The position numbers and the translations under genes are program-made. Below the pieces are notes generated by a model, which saw nothing but the letters and a program-made list of their open reading frames with translations, did no database searches and had not been told where the DNA came from. DNA of 64,000 bases from Vicugna vicugna (taxonomy: Eukaryota): NCBI GenBank assembly GCA_013265495.1, contig MU058252.1:1894244-1958243 (forward strand), written 5' to 3'. Below, piece by piece: positions 12,968 through 25,515 of the stretch (within the stretch, counting starts at the first letter, position 1; each line of letters begins with the position of its first letter).

Positions 12968-13764
12968 GTTCTAGCCTGGGATTTATTGTGGCGGACCAGC
13001 CAAAGCCAGGTCGCAGAAGGGAGAAACTTTTCTCTTAAGGGCTGGAACCTCCCCACACCCAGACCCCAAGCCCCATACCTGTTATGTTTAGCAGGAAGAC
13101 TCTGGAGACCCGAGGGGAGACGTCTCTGCAGGAACCCGGGGGAGGAGCAAGGGGAGAGGGGAGGAAGGAGGAGGAAGAGGTCCTCCAAGCAGTTATTTTG
13201 GAGAGTGAGGATGCTGTTTGGGTTCATCTTGGTGGGAGGGATGGGGCACTCCATGTGCGTAGAAGAGGATGCCGGATGTGAGTTCACAAAGAAATATCAG
13301 AATCCTTGGGTATCCTTCATACAATAGAAGACGCGCACCTCCTAAAGGAAGCGATTCAAGGGAAAACGGCATTCTAAGATTTTAAGTAATTCTCCAAACT
13401 GGAAGGTTCATATTGTACTCAGTAGGCCACAAGACTCAGGAGAAGGAACTGCAGATGGAAGACCTCAGAGAGACAGACGGAGCAACACTCAGACCCCGAT
13501 TTAGACAGAAAAGAGGTTCCTGCGCCAGGCCCGTGCTAATCACTGCGGTGAGAAAGCCGGGCACCAGCGCTGCCCCGTTACAAACTAGGAAAGGCTGATG
13601 AGTGAGTACATTCACGAGCCGAGTAAACCTCCGTGCCAACGCCTTCAAGCAGGTAACGAGGTTCCCGTTTTCATCTCCTTCCCACCGTCTCCTGTCCCGT
13701 GTGGGTGTGACTAAGCTCCAGCTAGTATTGGCCTTCTCAGGGAGTGAGCCCGGTGGCCTAGAGC

Positions 13765-14140
13765 TGGTGCTCAAGACGGAGACTGAGCGTTTTCAAATAC
13801 CAGTTCCTCCACTTACCTCCTGGGTGACCTGACTATCTGGGTCTCCTCATCTATAAAATGGGTACGAGATCCCTCCAGATTGCTAGATGTAGTAGCGAAA
13901 AGTACAGGCTGCCCTGTTACATTTGTGTTTCGGATAAGCTGGGAATCCTTTTTCAGCACAGCTATGTCTCGAATACTGCCTGGGACATAATTAAACGAAG
14001 TATTTATTTGTTGCTAATCTGATATTTAACTGGGTGTCCTGCATTTCAGCTGGCAATCCTAACAAGGTCACATTTATTATCTATATAGTTCTCATAAAAT
14101 ACTAGCATATTGTGTGCACGGTGCAAGCATTAAAATATTA
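13765..14140 (+). mobile_element. MIR interrupted by MER53
   Basis: ttcaaataccagttcctccacttacc..gtgacct..ctcctcatctataaaatggg before the insertion and a decayed MIR-like tail after it. Confidence 0.65.
13876..14061. mobile_element. MER53 palindromic DNA-transposon (MITE) fossil
   Basis: Ends agattgctaga / gctggcaatcct; inner arms acaggctgccctgttacatt / atttaactgggtgtcctgca; central tatgtctc..tgggacata. Confidence 0.8.
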
Positions 14141-14429
14141 ATTACCACAATTTTTATTCCATAAAGATTATCTAGTGCAACCCACTTACATAGCGTATTA
14201 GGAAGCTGAAGCTTGGCAAGTTTACGCCGTGTACCCAGGAACATATACACAATTTTTTATTTCCCTGGAGACAAAACTCATATCTCCAGATGCCCCACGG
14301 CTGAGTTTTCTCCATCTCACTGGAGGTTCCTGTGGGGAGGTTACAGCAGCTCCAGGGAGACTGTCCCAGAGTGAGTGTAAAAATCCACTCATAGTTGCCC
14401 TTCATTCCTTCTCTGATCTGAATGTGGGT

Positions 14430-14585
14430 CTTTGCTCTGCAAAGTGTGGTCAGAGGATGGACAGCATCAGCATCCCCTGGGAGCCTGTTAGAAACACAGA
14501 GTCCAAGTCTCCTCCTTCATCAGAATCTGCATCTTCAACAAACTCCCCAAGCGCTCTGTTTGCACATTAACATCTCAGAGAGTCT
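14430..14585. mobile_element. MER5-type hAT-Charlie MITE
   Basis: caaagtgtggtc..cagcatcagcatcccctgggagcctgttagaaa..cagaatctgcat..tgcacattaa. Confidence 0.8.
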
Positions 14586-14871
14586 TTCCCAGCTCAGTCC
14601 CCTGCAGGCCACGTTTAACCCCCAGAGCCCTGGTTCTTGTTGCTGGCAGGAACTGAGTCACTGGAACAGGTTTTAGGACCCACTGAACTCCGAGCCCTGC
14701 TCAGAGGTTTTGACTTCGCCAGCCTGGGGCAGGACTTGGGAACTGGTGGTCCTCCTGCGCAGTCTTGGCTGAAAACGACTGATTTAAGCAGTGTTTTCTC
14801 ACCCAAGGCAAAAGATGCTGGAGGAAATCAGTGCCTCCAATGACAGCTCTTTTCCTTGAACACTGGGAGGT

Positions 14872-15370
14872 TGAATACACCCACGGGCAAGGCCAAGACC
14901 ATCTATAAAATTAGAACTCCCACCTAGATCTCCAGCGGGCAGCCCAGGAGTCCAAGCCTGTTTTCCTAGGAAGCCAGCCTACTGCCCATGCGTCAGACTT
15001 GCAGGAGGGCAGAACCCTCTCTCTAGCGACCAGGAAGCCCAATGGTCACCCCTACGACGATTGGCCCCAAGTGGCCAGGACTTGATTAGTAACTGCCAGC
15101 TTCCCTAAACCAAACAGAGAGCCACACATACACCCCATTAATCACACAGGGGCCCCACCTCTAGCAGGCCCACCGCCAGCTCCCCACGCCCACCGCCTCC
15201 ATGAGAGCACACCCGGGGCCCCCCCATCCCACCGTGAAGCTGTCCTGGTCCTCTGCCTGCCTTTGCATCTCTGCTGAGCACAAGTGATGGTGCCCGACAC
15301 CTGTGCTAAAGCAGCCTCTGAACAGAGAGCCCTTGCTGACGCACTTGGTTGGTCTTCGTTTATGTTCCCA
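14872..15370 (+). mobile_element. ERV1 LTR, MER90-like
   Basis: aggaagccagcct..gtcagacttg; tggccaggacttgattagtaactgccagcttcccta; tgcctgcctttg..caagtgatggtg; ttggttggtcttc. Confidence 0.7.
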
Positions 15371-15849
15371 GCCGCTGCTGGAGATGCGGTGGACATGGGA
15401 TAAGCAGAAGGGACAGAGAGAACCGACTTTGAGCACACTGGGAAGGTGTGCCCCTCCCAAACCTGTCTCACCAACAGCAGGATCAGAATTAGACAGACTG
15501 GGTCACGCAATACCTTGAGTTCCAAAGTCCTGCCCCTCATTTCTCCTCTGATCTCTGACCCTCCCCCTTCTGGTCCCTGCTGCTGAGAGTCACTGAGATG
15601 CAGGACGGTGCCCGAGCTCCGCTACAGAGTAACTGTGTGATAATTAGTCGTTCTGTGCCTGGGCTCCTGGTCCCGTCTCCTGGGGCTGTGGGGAGAATTA
15701 ACCAAGCTGACAGAGGCAGGGGACTCAGCTCGGGACCCGGGATGCGTGCAGCCCACGGTCACCAGTATTCTGCAGGAAGCTACTGTTTCCCTCACTTTGC
15801 CACTCAAGCAAAGACACAAACTCTGTTCCTCACTGAGTCAAGCCATTCA

Positions 15850-16227
15850 TTGAATCCAGGGTTCCCATAAAATACCATGAACTGGATGGCTTAAGCAACA
15901 GAAATTGATTTTCTCACGCACGGTTCTGGAAGCTAGAAGTCCAAGATCAAGGTTCTGGCTGGTTTAATTCCTGGCGAGACCCCTCTTTTGAGCTTGCAGG
16001 CAGCCTATCCTTGCTGTCCTCACGTGGCCTTTCCCTCAGTGTGTGCACAGGGGGTGGGGGAGAGCATGCTAGTGTCCCTTCTTATAAGGACACTGATCTC
16101 ATCAGACCAGAGCCCCACCCCATGACGTCATTTAATCTTAATTACTTCCCTACTCCAAATACAGCCACACTGGGGAGAGCTGTAGCCCGTGACTGTGGTG
16201 GAGACACATACATTCAGTCTAGAGCAG
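15850..16227 (-). mobile_element. MaLR LTR (MLT1A-like)
   Basis: ggcttaagcaacagaaatt..ttctggaagctagaagtccaagatcaagg; cttcttataaggacact; ctccaaatacagccacactgggg. Confidence 0.85.
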
Positions 16228-16269
16228 AGGCGAGTTCCAAACAGAGAGCAGAACAACTTAAAAAAAGTT

Positions 16270-16555
16270 CACATCATGCAGAAAATAAACTTACGGTTTC
16301 CGGGGGAAAGAGGGTGGGAAGGGATAAGTTGGGAGTTCGAGATTTGCAGGTACACACTACTATATATAGAAGAGATAAACAACAAGGTCCTGCTGTGTGT
16401 ACAGCACAGGAACTACATTCAGTATCGTGTAGTAACTTATGGTGAAGAAGAATATGAAAAGGAATATATGTCTTTACATGTATGACTGAAACATGATGCT
16501 GTGCATCAGAAACTGACACAACATTGTAAACTGACTGAACTCCAATTAAAATAAA
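16270..16555 (+). mobile_element. L1 3'UTR, 5'-truncated (camelid type)
   Basis: gggaaagagggtgggaagggataagttgggagttcgagatttgcag through gacacaacattgtaaactgac. Confidence 0.9.
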
Positions 16556-16734
16556 CTAGTTTATTAGTCAAGGTCCCACCAGGGAAACAGAAACCACCTA
16601 TCATTCTTAACCAGAAGGAACATCATAGAGGAAACTGTCTACTTTAGTGAAGAAAAAGCTAAGAAACCAAATGCAGGGCAGTGAGGCACCGCGGAGATTA
16701 GCAACAGCCAGCTGCCCTGTCTAAATTTCCAGCT

Positions 16735-18030
16735 CTTAAAATTAAGTTCTTAAATTTAAGAACGTTTGTACTTCGAAGCACGTCATTGATAAAGTGAAAA
16801 GATAAGTGACACACTGTAAGAAAATGTTTGCAAACCAGTCCTCTAATAAAGGACTGGTGTGCAGCGTGGATGAAAAATACTGCGACATCAGTAAACAAAG
16901 GACGCTGTGGCCATCATGTCATCAGCCACTACCGCCGCCCCGACAGCGAGTGGAGGGAACTCAGGATGGAGACCAGCAGGCAGCCCGGCCTCTGCAGCTG
17001 CCCCCAGCGGTGCCCCCTGGGGGACTCAGGATGTGGAAGAACAGGACGTTGGCCCTAGGCAGCTACGGTGCACACCAAAGGGATGACTTCAATGAGTGCA
17101 GACCTTTGCACCTTCCCAGGCATAGAAAAGCGCTGAATTCCTTAACTTGAGATGCTGGTTTTCTTTAATTAACAGCAATCTTTTGATGTTCCAACTACCC
17201 TGTCTTTGTTGCAAAAACTCCCACATGCCTCGGCTTCTCCCTTGCCTGGGCAGAGCAGTGTCAGAGCGATCTGAGGGGCTGCCTCCCGGGCTCGAGTCCT
17301 CAGAAAGTCCACCAGCCAGAACAGAATTCTCAGCTTCTGGTCTGTGCGTCTCATTGCAGCCCACAGTAGAACACACAACGAACACTCGGACGTCGGTGAT
17401 AACCACAAAGAACCCACCTAACAAGTGGGCCAAAGACTTGAGCAGACATTTTTCCGGAGAAGAAACACGAATGGCTACAGAGCGCATGAAAACTGTTCGG
17501 GAAGTGAAACTAAAGCCACTTCCCAGCCACTGAAATTCCCATAAGACTCCTGGGAATTCACTTGAGAGAAATGAAAACGTACGTCTTCACAAAGACTTCT
17601 GGACGTGAATGTTCACAGCGTCCTTCTTCATCACAGCCCCAAGCTGGAAACAACCCAAATGTCCATCAACTGGGGACTTGAGCTTGGCCTAGTAACACAG
17701 TGGACTACCGCTTGGCAGTAAAGAGGAACGAACTGCTGGCACATAGCGCAGCGTGGATGGGCCTCAAAACACGCTCGCTGAAAGAAGCCAGGCGTGACTA
17801 CTCCTTACTGGATGTACATTTATAGGGCCAGAGCGCAGGCTGGTCCTTACCGGGATGAGGGCATGACTGACTGCCAACAGGCTCCTGGGAAGTTCTTAGG
17901 GACCACGGAAATGTTCTCCAACTGAATTGTGGTAACGATGGCTTGTCTCTGCAGATTTACTAAACATCATTGGGTTGCACGCTCGCAGTGGTTAAAGCAG
18001 AATTAAACCACACCCCAATAAAACTGTTAG
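16735..18030 (+). mobile_element. Old L1 (L1MB/MC-class) 3' region, interrupted by an LTR
   Basis: aagaaaatgtttgcaaacc..taataaaggactggtg | gtgggccaaagacttgagcagacattt; ctggaaacaacccaaatgtccatcaac. Confidence 0.8.
16865..17365 (+). mobile_element. ERV1-class solo LTR nested in the old L1
   Basis: gaaaaat..atcagtaaacaaagga; aaagcgctgaattccttaacttgagat..aatcttttgatgttcc; ends ..caca. Flanks gcag/gtag (3 of 4 match); L1 resumes on both sides. Confidence 0.8.
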
Positions 18031-18559
18031 AAACTGCGCATCAGTTCTGTCGCTGCAGTGACTTGGACGCCGCTCCTTCTGTCCGCGTGATCACATCCTC
18101 CTCCCCCCTTGTATCTGTTGCTCTGGAAGATTTCCTACCCATTTCTGGACAGCCTTGCTGTTCAATTTCTGGTTCAGTTTGTAAGTATCCAATGCTTCAT
18201 TAGAACATTATGTTCCTCATTCTGAAACTGCTTTCCTTCAAGTAATTATTAACCACTCTCGTCCGAGCCCATCTCTCGTGCCAGCTGGCTACACGTCTGA
18301 GCGCCCTCGGGCCATTCATCACCAAGGCGACACATCTCGTGTTCCCGGCTGGCTTCACTGCCTTATAAAGTAGGGGTGCCTCAGCGTCCTGTGCCTGCCT
18401 CCCAGTGTCTAGCCCTCAGCCCAGGGCTGCTTCCTCAACTCACAGTTGATATAACCCCGACCTTATTCCTCCTTCTGCAATTTGGAACAGCAGAGGGAAA
18501 ATGGCAGGGTAGAAGCTTTTAATGGTTTTCAGCTTTTCGACAGGATTCTGCACACAGGC

Positions 18560-18919
18560 TGCTATAGACTGAATGTTCGTGTTCCCTCAACATGCATATG
18601 TTGAAAAGCTAATGCCCACTGTGATGGTTATCTGAAGGTGGGTCCTTTGGGAAATGATTAGGTTGGGAGAGCAGAGCCTCACAGGGAATCAGGGCCCTTA
18701 TTAAAGAGCCCAAGAAAGTCCTTTTGCCCCTTCCTCCACGTGAGGATCCCCCGAGAAGGCGCCGTCTGTGAACCAGGAGGTGGACTCTCCCCAGACACCA
18801 CATATGCCGGTGCCTTGGACCAGGTCCAGCCTCCAGAGCTGTGAGAAATAACTGTCTGTTGTTCAAAGGCCCGCAGTCTGCAGCATTTTGTTACAGCAGC
18901 CCGCAGGGACCAGGGTGCA
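18560..18919 (+). mobile_element. MaLR LTR (MLT1A0/MST-like)
   Basis: tgctatagactgaatgtt..gcccttattaaagag..ccagcctccagagctgtgagaaataa..ttttgttacagcagccc. Confidence 0.88.
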
Positions 18920-19959
18920 CGGCCCACATGTCATCCAGGAGGAAGGCCAGGGCCAGGGAAGAGTCAAAGGGAAACTGGGCAGATTCTACGTCCAGGCTGC
19001 TGCGTGGAAGCAGCTTGCCTTTTCCTTCCCTTTCTTTTCTAGGAGAGGAGGAAGCGGGCTGTCCTCCCCACACCTGAGTCTATCAGGGCGCGTCTGCTGT
19101 CTTTGGTTCTCCAGCATTTATTTTTAAATATTTAACCCCAAACCCACCAACCAACAAACAAAAAGAAAAGACACTGATTGCTTTTGCCTCCCACCCACGC
19201 CACCCGCAAGAAGGAAAGTGACCGCTGACCCCTCCCGGAAGTGTGGGGAAGACAGAAATTCCAGCTCTGACCTGCTGCTCTGTGTCCTAAGACAAAATCC
19301 CAAAGATTTTTGAAGGAACCTATTCTCGTCCAGGAATCTTCTGAGGAAACGTGGTGTGTCTTCCTGGTCACACAGGATTGACATGGAACTCGATTGCAAT
19401 AATAGACCTCATGGTCTGACACAGAAAGAAAGGTAATTTTTCAATATTGTGATTAATGTCATAGCCTGCATTCCTTAACCCACTGAAAAGAAGCTGAGTG
19501 TCGGTGCTCAAAACGTGCGCAGAATGATTTGTTCGTTTTTATCATGAACTTAGTACTGTGACACTCAGGAGCCTGCGTGGGCTCAAGTCTGTAGGAGGAC
19601 TTCACTGAGTAATTTATCACCCGGACCAGAATAAGGGGTGAAGGCAGACACCATCAGTCATTGCTCCGGGGCCCCAGGAGCAAGACACAACTGTCTTGGG
19701 AAAACAGGGTCCTTTCGTGACCTTAACCTTAAGGAGCATTTCCGAACGGCTTCCTGGCCCTCCCGGAAATCTCTTTGGTCACAGCGGCTTAGAGAATTTC
19801 AAGCAGAATTTGATTTGCTTCCCAAGCAAGCAGCCTGGATGTGGGCAGCGGAGGGAGGCGACAGCGTGAGAGCTGGGGCAGAGAAACGGGCACAGAGACC
19901 CCGGGGAGACCAGCAGGACCCCTGCCCGGCCCCCTCCCTCTCCGGCTGGAGCCGCCTGG

Positions 19960-20275
19960 GCCAGGGCCGCAGGGGGAGGCGGCTCCCAGCTCTGAGGCCG
20001 ACGTCCCAGACCAGGGTCTCAGCAGAGCCTCGCTCCTTGGCTTGCGGACGGCTGCCTTCTAACTGTGTCCTCACCGGGTCGTCCCTCTGTGTGGTCCATG
20101 TTCTCATCTCCTCTTAGAAGGACATCAGTCACGTTGGAGTAGGGTGCACCCAGAGAGCCTCCTTTCACCTAATTACTGCCTTAGAGGCCCTATTCCGAAT
20201 GCAGTCACTTTCTGAGGCCCTGGGGCTCAGGGCTCCAGCATACGACTTTTGAAAGACAGGGTTCAGCCCGTTCCA
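19960..20275 (-). mobile_element. MaLR LTR (MLT1B/C-like), GC-drifted
   Basis: ctcctcttagaaggacatcagtcacgttggagtaggg..cagtcactttctgagg..ggggctcagggctccagcatacga. Confidence 0.75.
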
Positions 20276-22987
20276 CTCCCTTTTCCACTCACCTGGGACT
20301 CATGACGTGGTCCCCTGCCATCAGAGATCCCTGATCCCCTCGACTTTGTCCTCCTGGGTTTGTTCCCATCCCAGCACGAGCACAGACTCAGCCACCAGAG
20401 GACAGTGGTGACAGCAGGAGGGGGGGGACAGGAGGTGGGCAACTGGCCAGGTTCCGGGTCTCAGCGCGAGACATCAGGAGGGCCCGTGCCTTTCAACTGA
20501 GCATCGCTCTCTCCACTGGAAGCCTGTTCCTTGTCCCCCTCCCTCCTGCCCAGGGGGACCCAGGGGATGAGGCCAGTGCAGGTGATGTTATTTCCAGCGA
20601 CTGTGTTTATGTTCCTGCTCCAGTAGCTGATGGGGCATACGGCTGAGGAGGATTTTGCCTGTGAGGGAGACTGTTTATGCCGGTACCCAGGAAACAGGAC
20701 AGCCTGTGTGCGACAATGTCCCTGGGGAGCAAGTAAGGGGCCTGTCAGCTGTGTTTACGGGGCATCTGCTGGGGGGACAGTGGTCACGGAGCCCGATGGA
20801 GCCACGAGGGAGGAAGGGCAGGTCCGACCCGGCTCTTGGTGTGTCCGTAGCCCACTGGCAGTCGCACGGGAACATGAGAAGAAAAAGCATGCGAGTGACA
20901 GCAAAGCCAGGGAACGTGACGGTGAACAAGAGGACCAAGCCCCCTCGGGTCACTGGGGTCACAGGGAGGGCACCGGGGGAGGCTCTTCTTTTGCAGATGG
21001 TCCCCCTAGTGCCTTCCCATGGGACCCGCCGCTAATCCGACGGAGCCCCCACTCTGAGGTCAGGTGATGAAACCGCACGAAGGCTGGCCTCGCAGACCTA
21101 CAGGGACCTGCCATCTTGGGAAGACCACAGACCTCCCTTAGGGCTCCTGCTTCGAGGCGTCCCCCAACCTCAGCTTCTCAGGCAGTTTGCATTTTTGCCC
21201 CAGCTGTGCACTGGTGGTGCGGGCGGGTGCTGCCTGCGTGTCTGTCTCCCGGCCCCTCTGGGCAAATCAGCGAGGACACGAGGCCTCTGGTTGTGCGGGG
21301 TCCCAGGGCACCAGGCCCTGCGGCTTCAGGACGTGTCCTGGGTAGGACACGGCTTCTGTCCAACGAAGCAGCACAGAACATGATGGAACATGTTGTTTTG
21401 AGAATTTGCTGGTCCCTCCATGGGAGCTACAGCGGCACGGAGCCCGGGCAGAAGCACCGGCTTTAGGCTGCAACCGGCAAACTCCTTTTTCTTTGTATCA
21501 GTTGTCTCTGCCCACTGTTTGCCTCCTGGGTGCGGATTTCGGGGGGGAAGATGCGATGGGAAGCGGGAGGTACAGTGAGACCTGCCCACTGTGGACACAC
21601 TTGGAATGTCCGAGTAATCCCTGCTGTTTCACCAGTGGGACACGGAAACCCTCAACCGTGACCGGCCCCAGGTCCCGGAAACCCGTGCCTGCCCGTCAGG
21701 AGAGCTCACCCCATTCTCCAGAGTCGTTCTTCACCCGCCCGGAGGACCGGACACCATGCAGAGTTGCAGCCCCACTCCCGTGGGCACAGACTGTCAGCAG
21801 ACGGCGGCAGTGGAGGTCCTGAGTGTGGGTGTCGGTCACACGCCGGGTGAGATCCAGCCTTGCAATTACAGTGCTAACTCCGGGGAAGCAGGCAGGTCCT
21901 TTAACTGCTCTGATCTTTGGTTTCCTTGTTTGTTAAATCACCTCTAGGATAATGATGGGGATTCAGTGAGATGATGTGGATGAACAGTCAGTTTCCATGG
22001 TCCCTATGGCAACGACCAGCAAAGAGATGCTACCGGCCATGGACCACTTGAGACTTAGCGCCTTCCCCCAGCATTTCCTATTTGACAGTAGAGGCGAGAC
22101 AGCGGCTCTGACAGCAGACCCGCAGGCAGGAGCTAAACTGGGGAAGGGAAGGGCCACAGCTGGCATCACAGAAACTCCTAAGTCTTTTGGAGGGAGGTAG
22201 GGGACACTTTATGTAAAAGGTGACACCAGGTGTGCCTTGAACACACGTAGGCTTGGGGAAGGGAAGCAGGAAGGTTAAGGACTGCTGCAAGAGGAGCAAG
22301 TCCCAGAGATCCCAGAAGCGGATGGCAGGGGGTGGGGCGGGGAGGGCGCCTGCTGGGACAGTGAGACAGGAGTGTGGACGGACACTGTGGGGCCCGGTCG
22401 GAGGCTCTGGCTGGGTAAACCTGGCTCGCGGGTTGGAGGCCATCCACGTCCCCATGGCTGCTTTGTTCTGACCGCCCACGTCTCAGCTTGAGGCCTCCTT
22501 TTAAGCTTGTTTTGCAAAATGTTGTGCTGATTGCCACCTGCGAGTCCATCTGTGCGCTCACAAAGGCCGGCCGCCCCGACACCCAGTCCCCACGCTTCTC
22601 GCCACTCACAGGTGTGCGGCCGTGGCCGTGCCAAGGGCTGGAGCCTGGAGACCTCCACCTGTGAGCTGTGAGCCAGGCTGCTCTGGGGCCGGTTGTCCTG
22701 GTACCCCACCACCATGATGTCCGCTTGCACCTCACCCTCCGGGCGTGCCCCATCAGGCACACACTGTGCATGCACCCTACGCAGGGTCATACATGCTGCA
22801 CACGTGACACGCAACACACACTACACAGGGCCCTTCATCTTACTTTGTCAGAATCCGTTGCCTCCGCTTCCAGACTCAGCACACACCGTTCAGACTTTAG
22901 CTGGTCAGTGGTTGAAGGTATTTGAGGAAATAAGTCCTTTAAAATTATTTATGTGCAAGTCCCATCCATTTGCATTTCTGTGGAGGC

Positions 22988-23506
22988 TTTTTTCAATGTT
23001 TCAGTCATCCACATACATACATATACTTCTTTTTGTATTTGTTTTCTTTATATGTTATTGCAAGGTATTGAATACAGTTCCCTGTGCTGTACAGTAGGTC
23101 CTTGTTGTTTATCTATTTTATATCTAGTAATGTATACCTGCTAATCCCAAACTCCCAATTTATCCCTTTCCACCCTCTTCCCCTGCTGGTAACCATGTTC
23201 CTTTTCTATGTCTGCAAGTCTGTTTCTGTTTTGTAAATAAGTTCACTTCTGTCTTTTTTTTTAAAGATTCCACATATAAGTGATATCATATGGTATCTTT
23301 CTTTCTCTGTCTGACTTACTTCACTTAGAAAGACAATCTCCAGGTCCATCCATGTTGCTGCAAATGGCATGATTTTATTCTTTTTCCTGGCTGAGTAGTA
23401 TTCCACCGTATACATACCACATCTTTATCCAGTCACCTGTCCGTGGACATTTAGGCACTTCCATGTCTTGGCTGTTGTACACAGCGCTGCCATGCACCCT
23501 GGGGTG
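22988..23506 (-). mobile_element. L1 3' end (camelid type)
   Basis: ORF 23206-23415 (-) is the L1 ORF2 end ([34 protein letters not shown]), followed by 3'UTR. Confidence 0.92.
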
Positions 23507-24399
23507 GGGGCTTTCACGCCGTCTCAGTCTCCTGGTTTGTCCTCAGCCTGGCTCCTGGGACACAGACGTTAACCTTCTGGTGGCACAGTGTCACTTGTGA
23601 CCCTAGTGTCTGTACCACTGGGGAGCTGAGAACAGATATGAAATGCAGCAGGCACAACGTGGGACTCACTAGTCACTCCTGCTGCCCCTGCCCCACCCAG
23701 CCTCCCTTCCCTCTGTGAAAACCAGTGTGGGCTTTTCACTCCTGTGGAGGTCATTTCCAGCCACTGTTTGAGGGGAAAATATTAATTCATGAGAGCTCGC
23801 CAGCTGCTTGGTAAAGTCATTTGAGTTTATGTTGAAGCATTTTAATTATAATGGAGATAATAATGACTGCTTCTCTGGGAACCCAGCCCTTCCTCAAGTC
23901 CTCTCATCTCCGCACACAGGTCCGCAGACAGGTCCCCAGCTGGGCTCCCGGGGCTCTGCCTTCCTCCTGTCTTACCCTCAGCGTGAGCATCCCACAGTCA
24001 GCTGGGTGAATTCTCCTGTGAGCGCTGCTCTGTCACGGAACGTGGAGTAGGTCCTCTTCTCGATGCTCAGACGTCTCACAGGGAGGCGGTGGGTGGGGAG
24101 CAGGCACCGGGGAACGGCAGGCCCGGCAGCTGACACCTCTAAGTAGGACAGGCAGCCGGGCGCTGGGCTGGACCGCAGCCCAGCAGTTCTGAACCCCAGG
24201 CTCTGCACAGGTGGCGGAGCCAGAGCCTTCTGGAGCCCCAGAAATGTGTTGTTTTCAGAAGATCATTGTGAAAGAATGAACAAAGAGGACAATTAATGCT
24301 CAAATGTCACCGTTTCTTTGTTTTCCTAATGAATTTTTAATACATAGAGTTTGAGGGTCTCTCCAGTTTGATACCAATTTTTGTGCAATTGCTGTGAAC

Positions 24400-24485
24400 A
24401 AACCACACCTCATGCAGCCCTAGCACGGGGTAGGGATGCAAAGACTGGCTGAAGAATGAATGAAGAATGAATGAATGAATGAGTG
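24400..24485 (+). mobile_element. L2 3' end with (GAAT)n tail
   Basis: agccctagcacggggtaggg followed by gaatgaatgaagaatgaatgaatgaatga. Confidence 0.55.
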
Positions 24486-24684
24486 GCTGGCTGGCTGGTG
24501 TTGAGGAACTTGAATGTCTACATTTGACGACAGCCCTCTTACCAGCTGCTTTAGGAGGGAAATAGCAAGAAACAGTCAGTGTCAGTTTGTTATTCCTTCT
24601 CTCAGAACTACAATCCAAACATTTCAAAACGCCAAGGGATGCAATAGCTAACAAGGGAGAAATGCACATTGAGAGATGTCATTT

Positions 24685-25515
24685 AATGCAAGTAAAAACT
24701 ACAGTGAGGTGCCACCTCACACCGGTCAGAATGGCCATCATTAAAAATTCCACAAATGACGAAAGCTGGAGAGGGTGTGCAGAAAGGGGAACCCTCCTAC
24801 ACTGCTGGTGGGAAGTAGTTTGGTGCAGCCACTGTGGAAAACAGTACGGAGATTCTTTAAAAAACTAAAAATAGACTTACCATATGATCCAACACTCCCA
24901 TTCCTGGGCATATATCCAGAGAAAACTCAAATTCAAAAAGATACCTGCACCCCAATGTTCACAGCAGCACTATTTACAATAGCCAAGACATGGAAGCAGC
25001 CTACATGTCCAGCAACAGGTGACTGGATAAAGACGTGGCATATTTATACAATGGAATACTATTCAGCCATAAAAACAACGAAATAATCCTAGTTACATCA
25101 ACGTAGACAGACCTGGAGATTATCATGCTAAGTGAAGTAAGCCAGAAAGAGAAGAAATAATACACATGATATCACTTATATAGGGAATCTAAAAAAAGAA
25201 AAAGATACAAATGAACTTATTTACAAAACAGAAACAGACTCACAGACATAGAAAACAGACTTATGGTTGCTAGGGGGGAAGTAGGGGAGGGGTAAATTAG
25301 GAGTTTGAGATTAACAGATACACACTACTACATAAAATAGATAAACAACAAGTTTCTACTGTATAGCACAGTGAACTATACTCAGTAACTCACAATAAAC
25401 CATATCGGAAAAGAATACGAAAAGAATATGTGTATATACGTGTAACTGAATCATTTTGCTGTACATCAGAAACTAACACAATATTGTAAATCAACTATAC
25501 TTCATTTTAAAAAAT
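24685..25515 (+). mobile_element. L1 ORF2 C-terminus and 3'UTR
   Basis: ORFs give [20 protein letters not shown] and [32 protein letters not shown], followed by a full 3'UTR. Confidence 0.95.
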
